From Pavona decussata (taxonomy: Eukaryota), in the NCBI GenBank assembly GCA_977016875.1, contig CDRNST010000020.1, forward strand, positions 5,952,001-6,016,000: a stretch of DNA of 64,000 nt, given 5' to 3'. Made by a program: the position numbers and the translations under genes. Numbering within the stretch: the stretch's first letter is position 1; each line of letters starts with the position of its first letter. Below are positions 37,080 to 49,599 of this stretch, piece after piece. The notes below the pieces were generated by a model. The model was not told the DNA's origin. It worked only from the letters and a program-made list of their open reading frames with translations, and made no database searches.

Positions 37080-39674
37080 GTTTTTATGGATAAATGGTTT
37101 GTGTATTATGATTGTAATCGAGAATTGGAAAAAGGGATTATAGAGTCCAGGCTGTCTGTACTCTTGTGAATCTAGCTTAAAGGCATACACCAGAAAACCA
37201 ACACAGACTCAATTCCCGAGAATGAGTCAGGTTAGTTGTTTGATAGTTTGCATGTGTCTTACCTCTAGCATGTAAATCTCCAGGAACCTCTGCTGCCCAT
37301 CCATATGCTGACAAGGACTTTTCTTTCACGCTTCTGGTGATCTTGTTGGTGCCCTGGTCACCAACAAGAAGTGTTTTGCAACTCTTTGAGCCTCTGCTGT
37401 ACACTTTGTCTTCATCGTCTGGTCCAGGAAAATGATCAGCAACAGGGGGATCAGTTGTGGCAAGTTCTGTTGCCTCCCAAACTTTCAAATCCTCTTCATC
37501 CTCTTGAGCCAAACTGTTTTTGAGTAATTGGCTGATATTAGCCAGTCCCAATTTGTCTGCAATTTGTTTCGGTCCTGGTACTGACGAGAAAAACTCGTTG
37601 TTGCAAATTGCAAAATTCTCCAGTAGAATTTTCACCATTTGTTCATCTCCCTTTAAAACGGCTAATGTCAGTGGAGTTGCTCCGCACCTCTCCTTTACAT
37701 TGGGATTAATCCCAGCATTTATCAGGGTCTGTACTAATGGCACATTTCCATTCTGAACAGCATGGTGCAGTACAGTGCATCCATGATGATCTGTGGCATT
37801 CTCCCACTGTTCACGGTTGTTGCGCAGATATTGCTTAAATTCAACAGCAGCTGCTGCATCAACTGATTGGTTTGCTTGCCACATTTTGTCTGTTAGTTTT
37901 GTAAAAACTTTCTTAAATTTCCCATCAATTTTCTGGAATGTGCTTGCATTAGCCATGTTGTTTGACTCATCTTCAGCTTCTCTGTCACCGTCTTCTTCCA
38001 AAATTCCTCTGTCAACATCAGGGATTTGTTTTTCAACACGTGCCAATTGTTCTTCAAGCTGAACCATTTGATTTTTATGTTCTTGAAGCAAGTAAAGAAA
38101 CTCGTGATGCTTCCTCGCAGCTTCGATGTTGAAGGTCTTCAGATTCTCGTCATATGGCAAAACCACTTTCGAATGATTGCACGGCATGCCAAATTCTTTA
38201 CCAAAATGTTCAAGTACTGCAGCTGTTCCAGTTATGGTGGCATTGTTTTCAATGGAAAGAGGCAGGGTGATCGTTTTACTTTGTCCTTGGTTGTTCTTTT
38301 TGGGCACTGGTTGTTTAAGCTTGTATTTCTTCAAGTTGCTTTTGCTGAGGTCCTGTTTCTTCAACCAGGTTTTGAACTCGTGTTCACTCATGGCAGCAAT
38401 GGGTTTCTCTGACAAAGGGACTGAATTAAGACCAACATCAAGCAGCTTTGTGAAGTATTGATCTTTAGCCTTTTCAAACACTTCCAGCTGGACAGGATTT
38501 GAATCTAAAAACAACAGAAACTGCCTTTAATCAATGCAAATGTACAAATTTGCCATGTTCATTTAAAAAATTGCCACAGAAAGTATAATAATACATGTAA
38601 TTGCTAGGGCTGTGCTCTAGCAGTGACCAGGACTGCAGACTTCTAGAAACCCCACATTTCTTAATAAAGAGTCTCTCTGTGATTGTTTTGATGGCACACC
38701 CTTGGATGATACACAATTATTGTACGTCATGTACTTATATTAAATTAATTGACAAATTTCTGAAATAAATAAATAAATAAATAAATAATATATTGAAATT
38801 AGAAATTTGAGGTTAATAAAGGGAGAAGAGCCATGGAAAAATCCCTCAGGTTCACAAAAAAGTCAGAATTTAACACTTTATTTCAACGTACCAATGAGGA
38901 GATCATCAGCAGTTAACAGTGAAACTGGTCTCTGCGGTTCTTGCGAGGCTTCTTTATCAACTAGCAAATCCTCAAATGCATCGCAATTGGGAATGATGGC
39001 ACCACGGATAGTGAAGTTCCACATCTTTGGTGCTGTAGACCTGAATAGTCTCTGATGGCGTGCTGTACCTCTGTACATGTTGATGTTGTCCATCAGCAGC
39101 ATAACTGGAATTTCATTTGGAGCATGTTTCGCCAAGATTTCTGTGTAATTTTCCAGTCGTTTTTTCAAGTAATTTTTTCTGCAAAAAAAGGGTTAACATT
39201 TATTAGGTCATAGTTAAGTAAGAAACTGTGGGCAGTGTATGTGTTGTGATTTAATAGAATTTTTCAAGCCGGTTTCAAATCAATTTTAATTTTCCCATGT
39301 TAATTACCATAACCTGGAACAAAGGGAAATAAAATTAATCTGGTTTGTAAAATTTCGAACCACATGTGCTGATTCAAATATAGTGTAAGTAATAATCCTG
39401 ACTCATCTCCAGTTATCATTTTTGTTGGATCAAACAAACAAGGTATGATGAGAACCATCAGCTCTTTATTCACTAACACCTGTGCCTCCTAACAAAATAG
39501 TCATTTTACAGCCAAACTTTTACAGCCACCATTTGTTTGCATTGTTACTCGCCAAGACCAGGGTCTCTCCAGTCATGTTTCATATTAAATAATCATTTCT
39601 ATCTAACCTCAGGTATTGGACATGTTCTTACATAATGATTGAGTGATACCATACGTGTTGTCCCAGTACTTATA

Positions 39675-39809
39675 TATTTTTTGTGGTTCAATTTTATCCT
39701 TGGTTTAAATTTTATTTCCCTTTGTTTTGAGGTATGGTAATGTATGATAATGAGTTTAAAACAATGGGAAATAAAAATTAAACCAGGGATAAAATTGAAC
39801 CACAACATA
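39675..39809. mobile_element. Palindromic MITE
   Basis: TTGTGGTTCAATTTTATCC ... GGATAAAATTGAACCACAA. Confidence 0.75.
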
Positions 39810-41166
39810 TTCAATACTTGTTACAGAGGGAAGGGGTTTTTACTTACATAGACACACTTAATAGTGAATAATTATTTCTAAATAAAAAGGTAACTCACAT
39901 GGAATCATAATGAAGAGACAACCCAATTGACTGGAGCATGTTGATGAACTGTTTCCCTGCCCCATATGACATGCAGAGTAGGCCAAATAGAAGTGGGAAG
40001 TCGTTGCGACATTTTGAATTTCTGACATTCAACAAGAGAGCCAAGGCATGGTGTCCACGGAGCACTTTCTGTTCATTTGTTTTTTTAACATTTCTTTCAC
40101 CAGTAGGGTTGCTAACAACCAAAGTCTCCACGATATTCCTCAGCAAGGGGCATCTTTCCTTGACAGCATCAACAAATTCTTTAAACATTGATGTGATGAG
40201 TTCATCCACATCTGAATATTGTAAGCTTCTAATACCAATGTTGCAAATGCCTTCCAGGATTTTAATTTCTTGGGCAATTCGTTCTGTTTGCTGTATGGTC
40301 AACTTTGCATTTTCAACATCCTTTGCTTGGGCCAGTTCTGCCTCGAAAGCAGTCAGCAGTGTCTTCATAAGACGGTCTCTTTCTTGTGCCTCTCGAGTAA
40401 ATTCTGCCAGGAGCACTTGAACTTGTAGCATACCCTGAGTGGCAATGGATAACTGCTGCCAGATTTGTGTCATGACTTCTTCAGTTGCTTGAAGTCTCCG
40501 CTGGATATTGACCATCTCAGCTGTGAGAAAGAATTCCAAAGATAAATGTATATTTAAAAATAAAAACTGAAATTTTTTAGCTACAACACCAAAGTTTCAA
40601 TACATAAACACATCATGTGCTGCAAGAAGTTTTGTACCCATGATAAAGAGTTCCTGTTTTGCATGACCCAGTTCAGATCACCTGTAACAGCAATGTCACA
40701 TTTGCATTTACATGTACTTGGGTTATGAAGGAAAATAGAGTCAAAATTTAGAAAGTATCAGGAATATCTTTTTAAACAATGATAGGATTAAATCAATGGC
40801 ACCAAACAATAAACTTTAATATGTGTTTACATCACCCATTGTTCATTGTTTGGTACAAAAATTCGTCAATAAATGTTATACAGTACCTGGCAATCCAGTT
40901 GTACACTCAGCATTAGTGCAAGATATAAAATGAGACTTGGCTTTTAGATTGACGTAAAAGGTTCTACAAATGCAGTTAAGGCATCATAACAATTTACCAC
41001 AACTTGCATTAATATCAATTACAAATATTCAATAAGCTGGAAAGAAAATTAAGTAGCACTGCATGTAAGAGGTTTATAACAAAAACAACAAGGCCACAGC
41101 TCTGGGCAAAATCAGAAAATATAATTAATGTAGGTGTCATTTCATTCACACTCCACTCTGCACAGG

Positions 41167-41274
41167 CTGACCCCAGTTGTCTCTCTCAGTGAGAAGAGGA
41201 GTGATTGGAAGCATCACTTTTTGTGCTGCCCTGACCACACTTTCTTTTAAGAGAGACGACTGAGGACGAGTCAG
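41167..41274. mobile_element. Second AcademH-family MITE
   Basis: CTGA-CCCCAGTTGTCTCTCT ... AAGAGAGACGACTGAGGACGAGTCAG; TSD not clear. Confidence 0.7.
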
Positions 41275-42060
41275 CCTACACGCCATGTTCCAGCAGGAGA
41301 GTGGTCGTGTAGTTTTGTACTCCAGTTGACACTTACATACTATAGACTATGACACAAATTGTCACCAATTCATCAGTTGTAACCGTTAGCATCATTTTAG
41401 AATACTTAAGACAGAATTAACCAACACTGTGAAATGAGAAAAGCTCATTTGAAACCTTTGTAACTTTATCCGCCCACAAAATAATTTCAAAAGATGAAGA
41501 GACAATACATCGAGACAAAAACTTCCTTTGTTAGCAATTTTCGGAACTATGTTAAACAATCGCCCATCTTTGTAAAGAAATCCCAATGGAAATGCTTTCT
41601 GGCCAATTGGAACCTCAGATTTTTGTGAGTAATTATGCAAATGACAAGGATACGTTCCATCTTCTCTCCTACGCCTGGTTGATACTGTAGGAAATACACG
41701 TTTCAGGGTGCGTGTAACTAATGGTGCTGATGCTTCATCAAGGGCAACATAGGCCAACACAATTTCCCGACTGACTTCACATCCTTGCTCCTCCACAAAT
41801 CCAGTAGTTAAATAGCACTCTAGTTTGGAGCTTCTTTGTTTTACTTCTTTGCCAGATGGTTTACCACCTGAAACATTGGAGCAAGATTAGCCTGGTCACT
41901 TATTTACACTGAGTTCTGATAAGGCAAATAAGACAAATAATCCATGGTACGAGTATTGTCTGAATATTATTCATTGTTATTTCTGTCACATTTAAATTTC
42001 ACACCAGTTATATTTTCAATGTCTCAGGTTCTGTGAACTAAGAATAATACAAATTAACTG

Positions 42061-42177
42061 GGCTGAGTTGCTCGAAGCATGGTTAGCGCTAACCATTAGT
42101 TAAGAGGTATTAAAACCTATAGGTTGTTATGGTAATTAACCCGGGTTAGCGCTAACCATGCTTCAAGCAACTGGGCC
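42061..42177. mobile_element. Harbinger-like MITE
   Basis: Inverted arms AGTTGCTCGAAGCATGGTTAGCGCTAACC; CTG on both flanks. Confidence 0.8.
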
Positions 42178-42252
42178 CTGGGCTGTAAAATTTCAAACCA
42201 TAAAAAAGTTATTCCTTCCCCAGTCTCTATTTTCAGTTATCATACATTAAAC

Positions 42253-42517
42253 GAATACTGGTCAACTCGCCTACGTGCAAACTCGCCTATGCCAACTCAC
42301 CTACGCCTACTGGTTAACTCGCCTACGTAGGCGAATTTAGAACATAGCACGCTTGTTTAGGTTTATGGATTAAAGAACGAGTTAGATAGAACATAAAGTT
42401 ATTTAAAAGGCATACATTACTTGAGTGAACTCGCCTATGTCAGGAAGAGAAGTCGCCTACGTAGGCGAGCTGACAGGTTGTAGGCGAGTTTGCACGTAGG
42501 CGAGTTGACCGGATACC
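42253..42517. mobile_element. MITE with internal ACTCGCCTAC repeats
   Basis: Inverted arms GGTCAACTCGCCTACGTGCAAACTCGCCTA; flanking direct repeat CATTAAAC (TSD 6-8 bp, ambiguous). Confidence 0.75.
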
Positions 42518-44951
42518 CATTAAACATAACGAAACACAAAGGATATCGAATAGATCGAATACAAAGACAAAGGACAGCAAAGGAAATTAAGTAGGAAATA
42601 CTAGTACTTGGGTTACCAACAAGAAAGCGTTTTGACTTGGGCTGACTTGGGTTCTGTTTCGAACCATGCTTTGTGCCCCTTCTACTGTCATCTTTGTCGC
42701 TGCCGTTTTGTGAACGATCAAAATGGCATGCCAGCCTTCTCCTCGCTTTCACAGGCGTGCTTGATGATGGCACACGAGGTTCATCATCTATACGGAAAGA
42801 AATCACACCTTTGCCTTTCAACTAGGCTTTAAAATCTGCAACAAGCAACTGTGTATAAGCCTTAATATGAAATGTATTACCATATGTATTATTTTTATAT
42901 ACATACCACAAATACTAAGCTCGTCTATGGAGTCATTCAGTTCTTGCAATGTGTCTTGCAACGTGCAATCTTCCTGGCCTCCGGACGCCATCTTGGATTT
43001 TAAAAAAGTTTCGCCAAAATACTTCTAGTTGCGACACAGATCACAAAAACACGTCAACTTGGCCAGTGAATCGTTATTGAACGCATCTAAGGCGAAAGGA
43101 ATCGCTGAAACGCCTTCGCACAACTTTTCGACTCTTCTCGCAGCTTTTCGACTCAAGATCTACCAGTCGTTTCTCTCTTTCCCTTTCCTCCTTCCCATCA
43201 CCCCTTGCGCTTCGCTTTCTTCCCTCCCATCACTCTTCGCGCTCTCCGTTTCCCAACAAGAGAGACGACTGGGGACGAGTCAGCAATAGCAGTAAGATAT
43301 AACACTTAACAAATGCATAGAACCACTTGCTTGAAGAATTCTTCAATGGAGAATGTTTTTTACAGACCAAAGAATACAACTTTAATATGTGTGTACATAC
43401 CCCAATTAAAGTTACCGTGTACGTTCAGGGAAAAAAATTTTGGATTTTCGTTTTTTTTTATGGAAATAAACTTTCCAATAAGATCTTTCGAATAAAAAGA
43501 AAACTTTTTGAAAAAGAGTGAATATTTGCCCAGAAATTGGGATGAAAGCGATTTCCACCGGAAGTTAAACTCCACTTTGATTGACAGCACGTTGCTGCCA
43601 ATGTAACCGCCCTGTGCGATTATCGTGCGAAGTTTTGTTTACACTGTAGCCGCCATTAGCTGAGTGGTTGTACTTATAGAAAGTCTTCCTCAGATCCATC
43701 CGTTGTTGTACTGAAAATCATTCAATAATGCTGCTGAGGCATGGAATCCCACAAGCCATGGAAGTGTCCGTGGACAAGTTCCAAAAAACGGACGGAAAAA
43801 GAGAAAAAGTAAAGGAAAAGAATGCATAGATGAAGAAGTGAGACGAGGTCTTTCAGAGTCCAACAAAGGTTCCTACTATCAGGAGTGGTCCTCGGATACT
43901 CCTGAAAAACAGGACAGTTGTGGAGCCAGTAGGCAGACGCTTCTTGGGATCGAAGAAAGAGGCTCGGTCAAGATTTGGACCGATCTTGACAACACTAGTA
44001 CCGGTGACAGTGATTCATCAGATGACTGAGAAGAAGATGATGACACCGTAGGTGACGAATCTTTGCTAGAGACGCTCAACTTTCTCGATGCTGAGCTTCT
44101 CCAGGATGCCTTGAAGGAATCTGCCATTTGCAGAGACTGCAAAACTAGTGAATTAGAGCTTTTGGAGGAGAAGGAAACAAGGAGTGGGCAAGGGCAGGTT
44201 TGGGTTCTTCGATGTAAACATGCTGACTGTAAACCGCACAAGCATCCAATGCGTTTTCACACATCACCGAAGAATTCGCGATTTTACGATGTGAATCGCG
44301 CCATCGTTTTGGCCTTTAGAGCGATAGGTCATGGCTATTCAGCAGCCCAAAAGTTTTGCAGCATTGTTAACTTGCCAAATCCAGTAGGGAAAAAGCCCTT
44401 GTCTCAGCATACAAAGGCGATCTTGAAAGTCGCAGAAGCAATGCTTGAGGAAGAACTCTGTGATGCTGCCTTTGAAGTGAAAAAAATTCTCAGGGATGTG
44501 GGAGACATCGAAGATTGTTCGGATGACGCACTAAAAGAAAAACTAGCGGATGCTGGTGCAAGTTTTGATGGTTTGTGGAGCAGCAGGGGCTGGACAGGGC
44601 GCGATGGCCTTGTGGCTGCAATCTTGGTCGAATCGGGCAAAGTTGTGGATGTTGTGTATCTGAGCAGTGCATGCAACCAATGCACAAAAATGGAAGAAAA
44701 AAGGAAACGCGGGGAAATTTCGAGGCGACAGTTTACAGAATGGTATCTAGGCCACGATGAAAACTGCTTCATGAACCATGAAGGAAGTTCAGGGGTAAGT
44801 TTACGAATTGTTTCATTTTTTGTTTATCCTTTGCTCATGAGGGGCACATATTTTTAATAATTGTATGTGAATTCTAGTTTTAGCCCTTTTATCTCTTTTC
44901 ATATGGATGATTTCTCGTTTCTCGATTTCTTATAATTTAGCTTTTTAGATC

Positions 44952-45052
44952 TATGTTTTTTTGTTTTTGTTTTTGTTGTTTTGTAACGCAGGACCCATGT
45001 TGATAGCAGTTTTTATAACTGAAATGCTCATCCTGCATAAATATGTTATTAC

Positions 45053-45089
<37 letters not shown>

Positions 45090-45182
45090 GTGATTGTGAT
45101 TGTGATTGTGATTGTGATAGTGATTGTGATTGTGATTGTGATTGTGATTGTGATTGTGATTGTGATTGTGATTGTGATTATG

Positions 45183-45235
<53 letters not shown>
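44952..45235 (+). repeat. LINE-like 3' end followed by compound microsatellite (ATT)n(GTGATT)n(ATT)n
   Basis: Direct reading; explains the poly-Ile/Val/Thr ORFs. Confidence 0.75.
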
Positions 45236-46373
45236 GAGTTGAACATTCCAGGCTTGCATTTGATTGATTCTCGGCTTGATTTTCGGTGTGGGTTTCAAGA
45301 GTTTAGTAAGAATGTGACTTGAGATATTGAGGGGTATCCTAGGGCAGTGGACTTAGCATTCAGGTATTATGTTGTTGTTTTTTTTTCCATATAAAGCCAA
45401 CTAAAACATAATCAGTAGAGTAGAGTTTTAACACTGCTGCATTGAAGTAGTACACACATCAGACTGTATTTCATATTGCCTGTGGAAGCTAAGGTCTGGA
45501 TTATTATTCACAGACTTGTTATTTCAACTTCTGTTTTGAATTCACTTACCTTAGAAGGATTAATTTTTAATAGCCCCCAAGTGGCAAATGGTTTCCAGGT
45601 ACTGTTTTTCAAATACAGCTGTAGCAGTAATTATTGTTATTTCCGGATTAAACGTATCAAAACCTTAGATGACTGTTGATCTGAAATATGATTATTCTGA
45701 GCTGCCTCTTTACGTTTTTTTTTTTTTTGAAGAACCAACGTACAAATTCTAATTTAATCTGACATGGCCAACATTAGCTCTTTTGGCCTTGGACTAAGTA
45801 AATAATTTATGTGCACATGTTATTACATGTCTTTGTAGGCAATGGAAGTAGAAGGTGCTGTGCGCATTTATCAGTGGTCAGAAGAGAAACACAAGCTCCG
45901 TTGCATCCCATATGTTGGTGATGGCGACAGTGAAAGCTACACCATAGTGAAGAATGCAGCTCCTTATGGACCTGCAGTATACATAGACAAAGAGGAGTGC
46001 ATTGCTCATGTCACAAAGAGGATGGGGTCCAACTTGAGAGCTCTTGTAAATAAATATAGTGGTAAGCTACAACAATGATAAATTTTCACCTATTTGTTAT
46101 CATCCTGTTTCCACCTCATTTCAGTATAATTGGAAGTTTATGCTTATTAGTTTGCCAACAGGTGCACAAATGTACCTCCTAGTGTCACCCACACCTGTGC
46201 GCAACAGACATGCAGCTACTTGAAATCATGCAGGTCATAAAAAAGCCAGTCATATATTTAACAATTTATTATACCACGTGTGCACGTTGGATATAAGATG
46301 ATAGATAGCCAATGAGGTGCACAGTGCCGAGTTTGCTATAATCATCTAATATCCAACAAGGGCAAGTGGAATA

Positions 46374-46551
46374 CAGTGGAACCTCGCCTTACGGAAACCT
46401 CTATAATACGGACACCTCTCTATTACGGACAGTTCACTTGGTCCCTGAGAGACTGAAATCCATATAAAGCCTACCTCTCTAAAACGGACACCTCTATAAT
46501 ACGGACACTTATTCCTGGCCCCTTGGTGTCCGTAATAAAGAGGTTTGACTG
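46374..46551. mobile_element. Tc1/mariner (pogo/Tigger-like) MITE
   Basis: TA|CAGTGGAACCTC ... GAGGTTTGACTG|TA with internal TACGGACACC repeats; sits at the edge of another imperfect palindrome (46262-46560). Confidence 0.8.
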
Positions 46552-49030
46552 TAATTGTTTTTTAAAACAATCAAGTAATATTGGTAGGCCTTGCTGATTT
46601 TCTTTTCAAGAGCAACCAGAAAACAATTATGGTCGCGACTTTTTGGGCATAGTATAATTACACGGTAGATCTCAATTGTCAATACCCTTGTAGTGTTGAT
46701 AATTCCCTTTGTTTCCCAAAACTGCTACAAGCTGACAGAACTGAAATTTAATCACTTTCTGAGTTCACCTTACATAGAAAGGGTGCATAATGGTTCCTTA
46801 AAAATTCATCATGAATCGTTGTCATCATTGTTAGCTTTATTCAAAATTACAGTACTCCATTCATTACAAATGCTTCTCGAGAGAATCATGCTAATTAATC
46901 ATAGCCCTATACAACAGAAGAAAAGAACTAACCTAGCCCCATCTAACCTAAACAAACCAACACAAAAAAAGGGATAAGTAAAAAATGCAAATAGTAATGT
47001 TTTCATAGGCGAAGTCTTAAAAAGGCTTAATTCTGACCTGGTCCCGGTTGTTCAAAGAGCGGATAACTACCCAGCAGATAAATTGCTATCCAGCGGATAA
47101 AATATACTCCAACCTAGTCATTTTATCCACTGGATAGCGACTTATCCACCGGATAGAGTTATCCAATCTGTAGAAGTGATGACATAGCCTTAACCTTCAC
47201 ATAACTATTGCTTTGCTTAACTGTTGTGATGCATGGTCTTGGAATATCCAAGATCTCAGAAACTTTAGGCAAAGTATGAGTATCACAGATTTTGTAGAAT
47301 GACCTTGCTATGTATTGTATAAACACAGTGAATGCACTGGGCTGTTAATAGAGATTTGCAAACAAGTGAGAGTAGAAAGAAAATATTTCTATAACAAGAG
47401 GTTTTTAAACTAAATTAAGTTGTATTGATCTCAACACAGGAAAGAAACTGTCAGATGGCCAAGGCGCTGGTAGACTGACAATCAGCAGAATTGATGCGAT
47501 GCAAAGCTTTTATGGGAAAGTCCTCCGGGATAACAGAGGAAATGCAAAGGAGATGGCAAAAGCCACAAGAGCGATTTTGAAGCATTATGCCAGTACCCCA
47601 GAGAACCCCCAGCACGAGGACTGCCTCATTGGTAGAGATTCTTGGTGCAGCTTCCAGAAAGATATTGCTTGGAACACTCGCGAACACAAGCCAATTAAAG
47701 ATCCTCTTCCACCTGCAGTGGGTGAAGTCGCCCAGGAAGTTTTCACTAAGCTTGGAAGTGAGTCATTTTTAGCTGGTTGTGAACGAGTTTCTACACCATG
47801 TCACATGGGGCTTAGCACCCAAAGAACGGTATGTCTCACCACAGGAGACTTACTTGGCTGTATGCATCAGCATTCTTTCGTTTAATGCAGGAGCCCAGGC
47901 TACCTACAGGAAGTTATGTCCAGCTGTAGGAGGGTTGGAAGAGAATTGATAATGAGCGCATGCGTGGTAGTGACTATAAGGATCAAGCAGAAGTGAAAGC
48001 AAGGAGAAAGAAACTGAAAAAGCAGAAGGTAAAGAAGCAAGATGGTTTTGTCCACAAAGAGGGCACAACGTACAGTTCAGGATCTTTTTATGCACCATGA
48101 ACCCTCAGTGATCTGTGAAACAATTATTATAATACCTCTCTGTCAAAGATTCTGTGGCATTTAAAGCATTTGGTGCTAGATTGGAAGGCCTAATAACAAC
48201 AGTTTTCCTGTTTGTCTAAAGTAAAAATTGGAAAATCTCCAAACCTTTTCATGTTGGCATGCCCAGGTTTGTTGTTACCCTATGTAGATTTGAGATTTTT
48301 TTCCAAAGGCTGAAACTATCATTGCTATTCCTGAGGTAAATTCATCGAAGGATTTTATTGTTGGAAAAAATCCTTTTACACTCCTATGCACCATGCTGTA
48401 AAGTTATAACTAATAATTTATGACGAGACATTGTCAGCACCCACTTGTGGGATAATATGTTAAATAACAGAAAATGCTTTCGTTGACAGGCACTGTATAT
48501 ACATGTAAATTTATTCTTTATGACCTTGTCCTCTTAAGAATTGCAAGGCTACGGTCAAATTATTTCTCTTCACAATGATAATCAAACTTGGCCAAATGTC
48601 TTTTATATTGTCACTTCCACCAGAATCCTTGGGATTGTTATTGACTAATGTAAATTTGGGACATTGCCATTAAAATACTCTTGATTAAAAAAGTGATAAT
48701 GTTTTTTTTTAAAGGAATTCCATCTAGGTGAAAAATATGCAAAGTCATTATAGGTTCTCCTTTATTTATTTATTTGGTTTAGATGCATCTTGCATCCTGA
48801 TTGTTTCTAAATTTCAAGGATAAAAAAATCTGGGCAGTGGTCTCCATCCCTGCTTTTAAAGGGTGTATGTAGATATTTTTTTTTTTTTTGGGGGGGGGGG
48901 GGGGTACACAGGAATTCACTTAGTCATGTTGAGAAAATAATCGGTAATCTAGTTAGTAGTTTCAGTTATTTTTTGTATAACACATTGAACTTTTGTTTCA
49001 TTAAAAATTTTCTGACACGTGTACATAATA

Positions 49031-49189
49031 GGCAGTCCCAGAAAAAATTCATACCCACCCCATAGAGGGTCATTGGAAATCCCTAAGGGGAGGGGGCTCT
49101 AAGGAGCCAAAATTTTAGAAGCAAAGTATGAAGTTAAACCGGGTGGAGTTGGGAGGGGGTGGGTATGAATATTTTCTGGGACTGTGCAA
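49031..49189. mobile_element. MITE
   Basis: CAGTCCCAGAAAAAATTCATACCCACCCC ... GGGGTGGGTATGAATATTTTCTGGGACTG. Confidence 0.7.
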
Positions 49190-49599
49190 TATGCATGAGT
49201 TGAAATGTCTAAAAATGTTTTTTAACAAAGGGGTCCCAATCTGGTACCCATAGTCTTTAGGACAGCGTTAGTTGCCAGGAGAGACTGTAGGGAACTGGAA
49301 GTGGATTTCTGGGGTAAAACAATACAAGCCGTTACGGGGCAACCACTCCAATTGTCTTTCTTTGAATTCCCCAGAGTCTCCTGGCGACCAATAGCTTGCA
49401 AAATAGCTAATTTTGAGCCTAATTTGTTCAGGCCTCAAGTGGTCTCATTTCCATAACTCTACAGAAATTTTGCAGGGTAACTTTAAATGCATCCTGTGCA
49501 GATAAAAGTTGAAATACATATGTTCAAATACTTGACTTTGCAATGTTTACCGCCTACACGTTTCCCTTCGGTTGCAATGTATAGCCTGTATATGCCCGA

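Larger units (their letters stand above)
35329..42991 (-). pseudogene. Academ (DUF6589-type) transposase with internal ankyrin repeats; multi-exon, one early nonsense codon
   Basis: Exons 42991-42907, 42835-42617 (TAG at 42824-42822), 41867-~41653, ~40519-39899, 39178-38892, 38504-37263, 36611-35967, 35726-35329; small exons in 41650-40520 unresolved. Motifs LMDNIN, LVGDQGT, PGDLH, KRNY, NIALDEWVE. Confidence 0.88.
31725..43283. mobile_element. Complete AcademH-type DNA transposon (11,559 bp)
   Basis: Perfect 28-bp TIR CTGACTCGTCCCCAGTCGTCTCTCTTGT; perfect 9-bp TSD CAATAGCAG (31716-31724, 43284-43292); convergent RecQ helicase and Academ transposase genes. Confidence 0.95.
43728..48110 (+). 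pseudogene. Kolobok (PF20700 Mutator-like) transposase, 3 exons, inactivated
   Basis: Exons ~43728-44794, 45839-46061, 47440-~48110. SFDGLWSSRG, GKVVD, NHEGSSG|AMEVEG, VGDGDS, EECIAHVTKRM, SWCSF. Stop at 44027; the catalytic QNxNES segment is missing near 47797. Confidence 0.88.

Noticed and set aside
37177-38514. Stand-alone ankyrin-repeat host gene
   Set aside because: It is an internal exon, spliced in phase to transposase exons, and itself contains the GDQ and GDLH motifs.
44951-45298. Poly-Ile/Val/Thr ORFs (also the poly-Tyr ORF 9600-10043)
   Set aside because: Translations of microsatellites.
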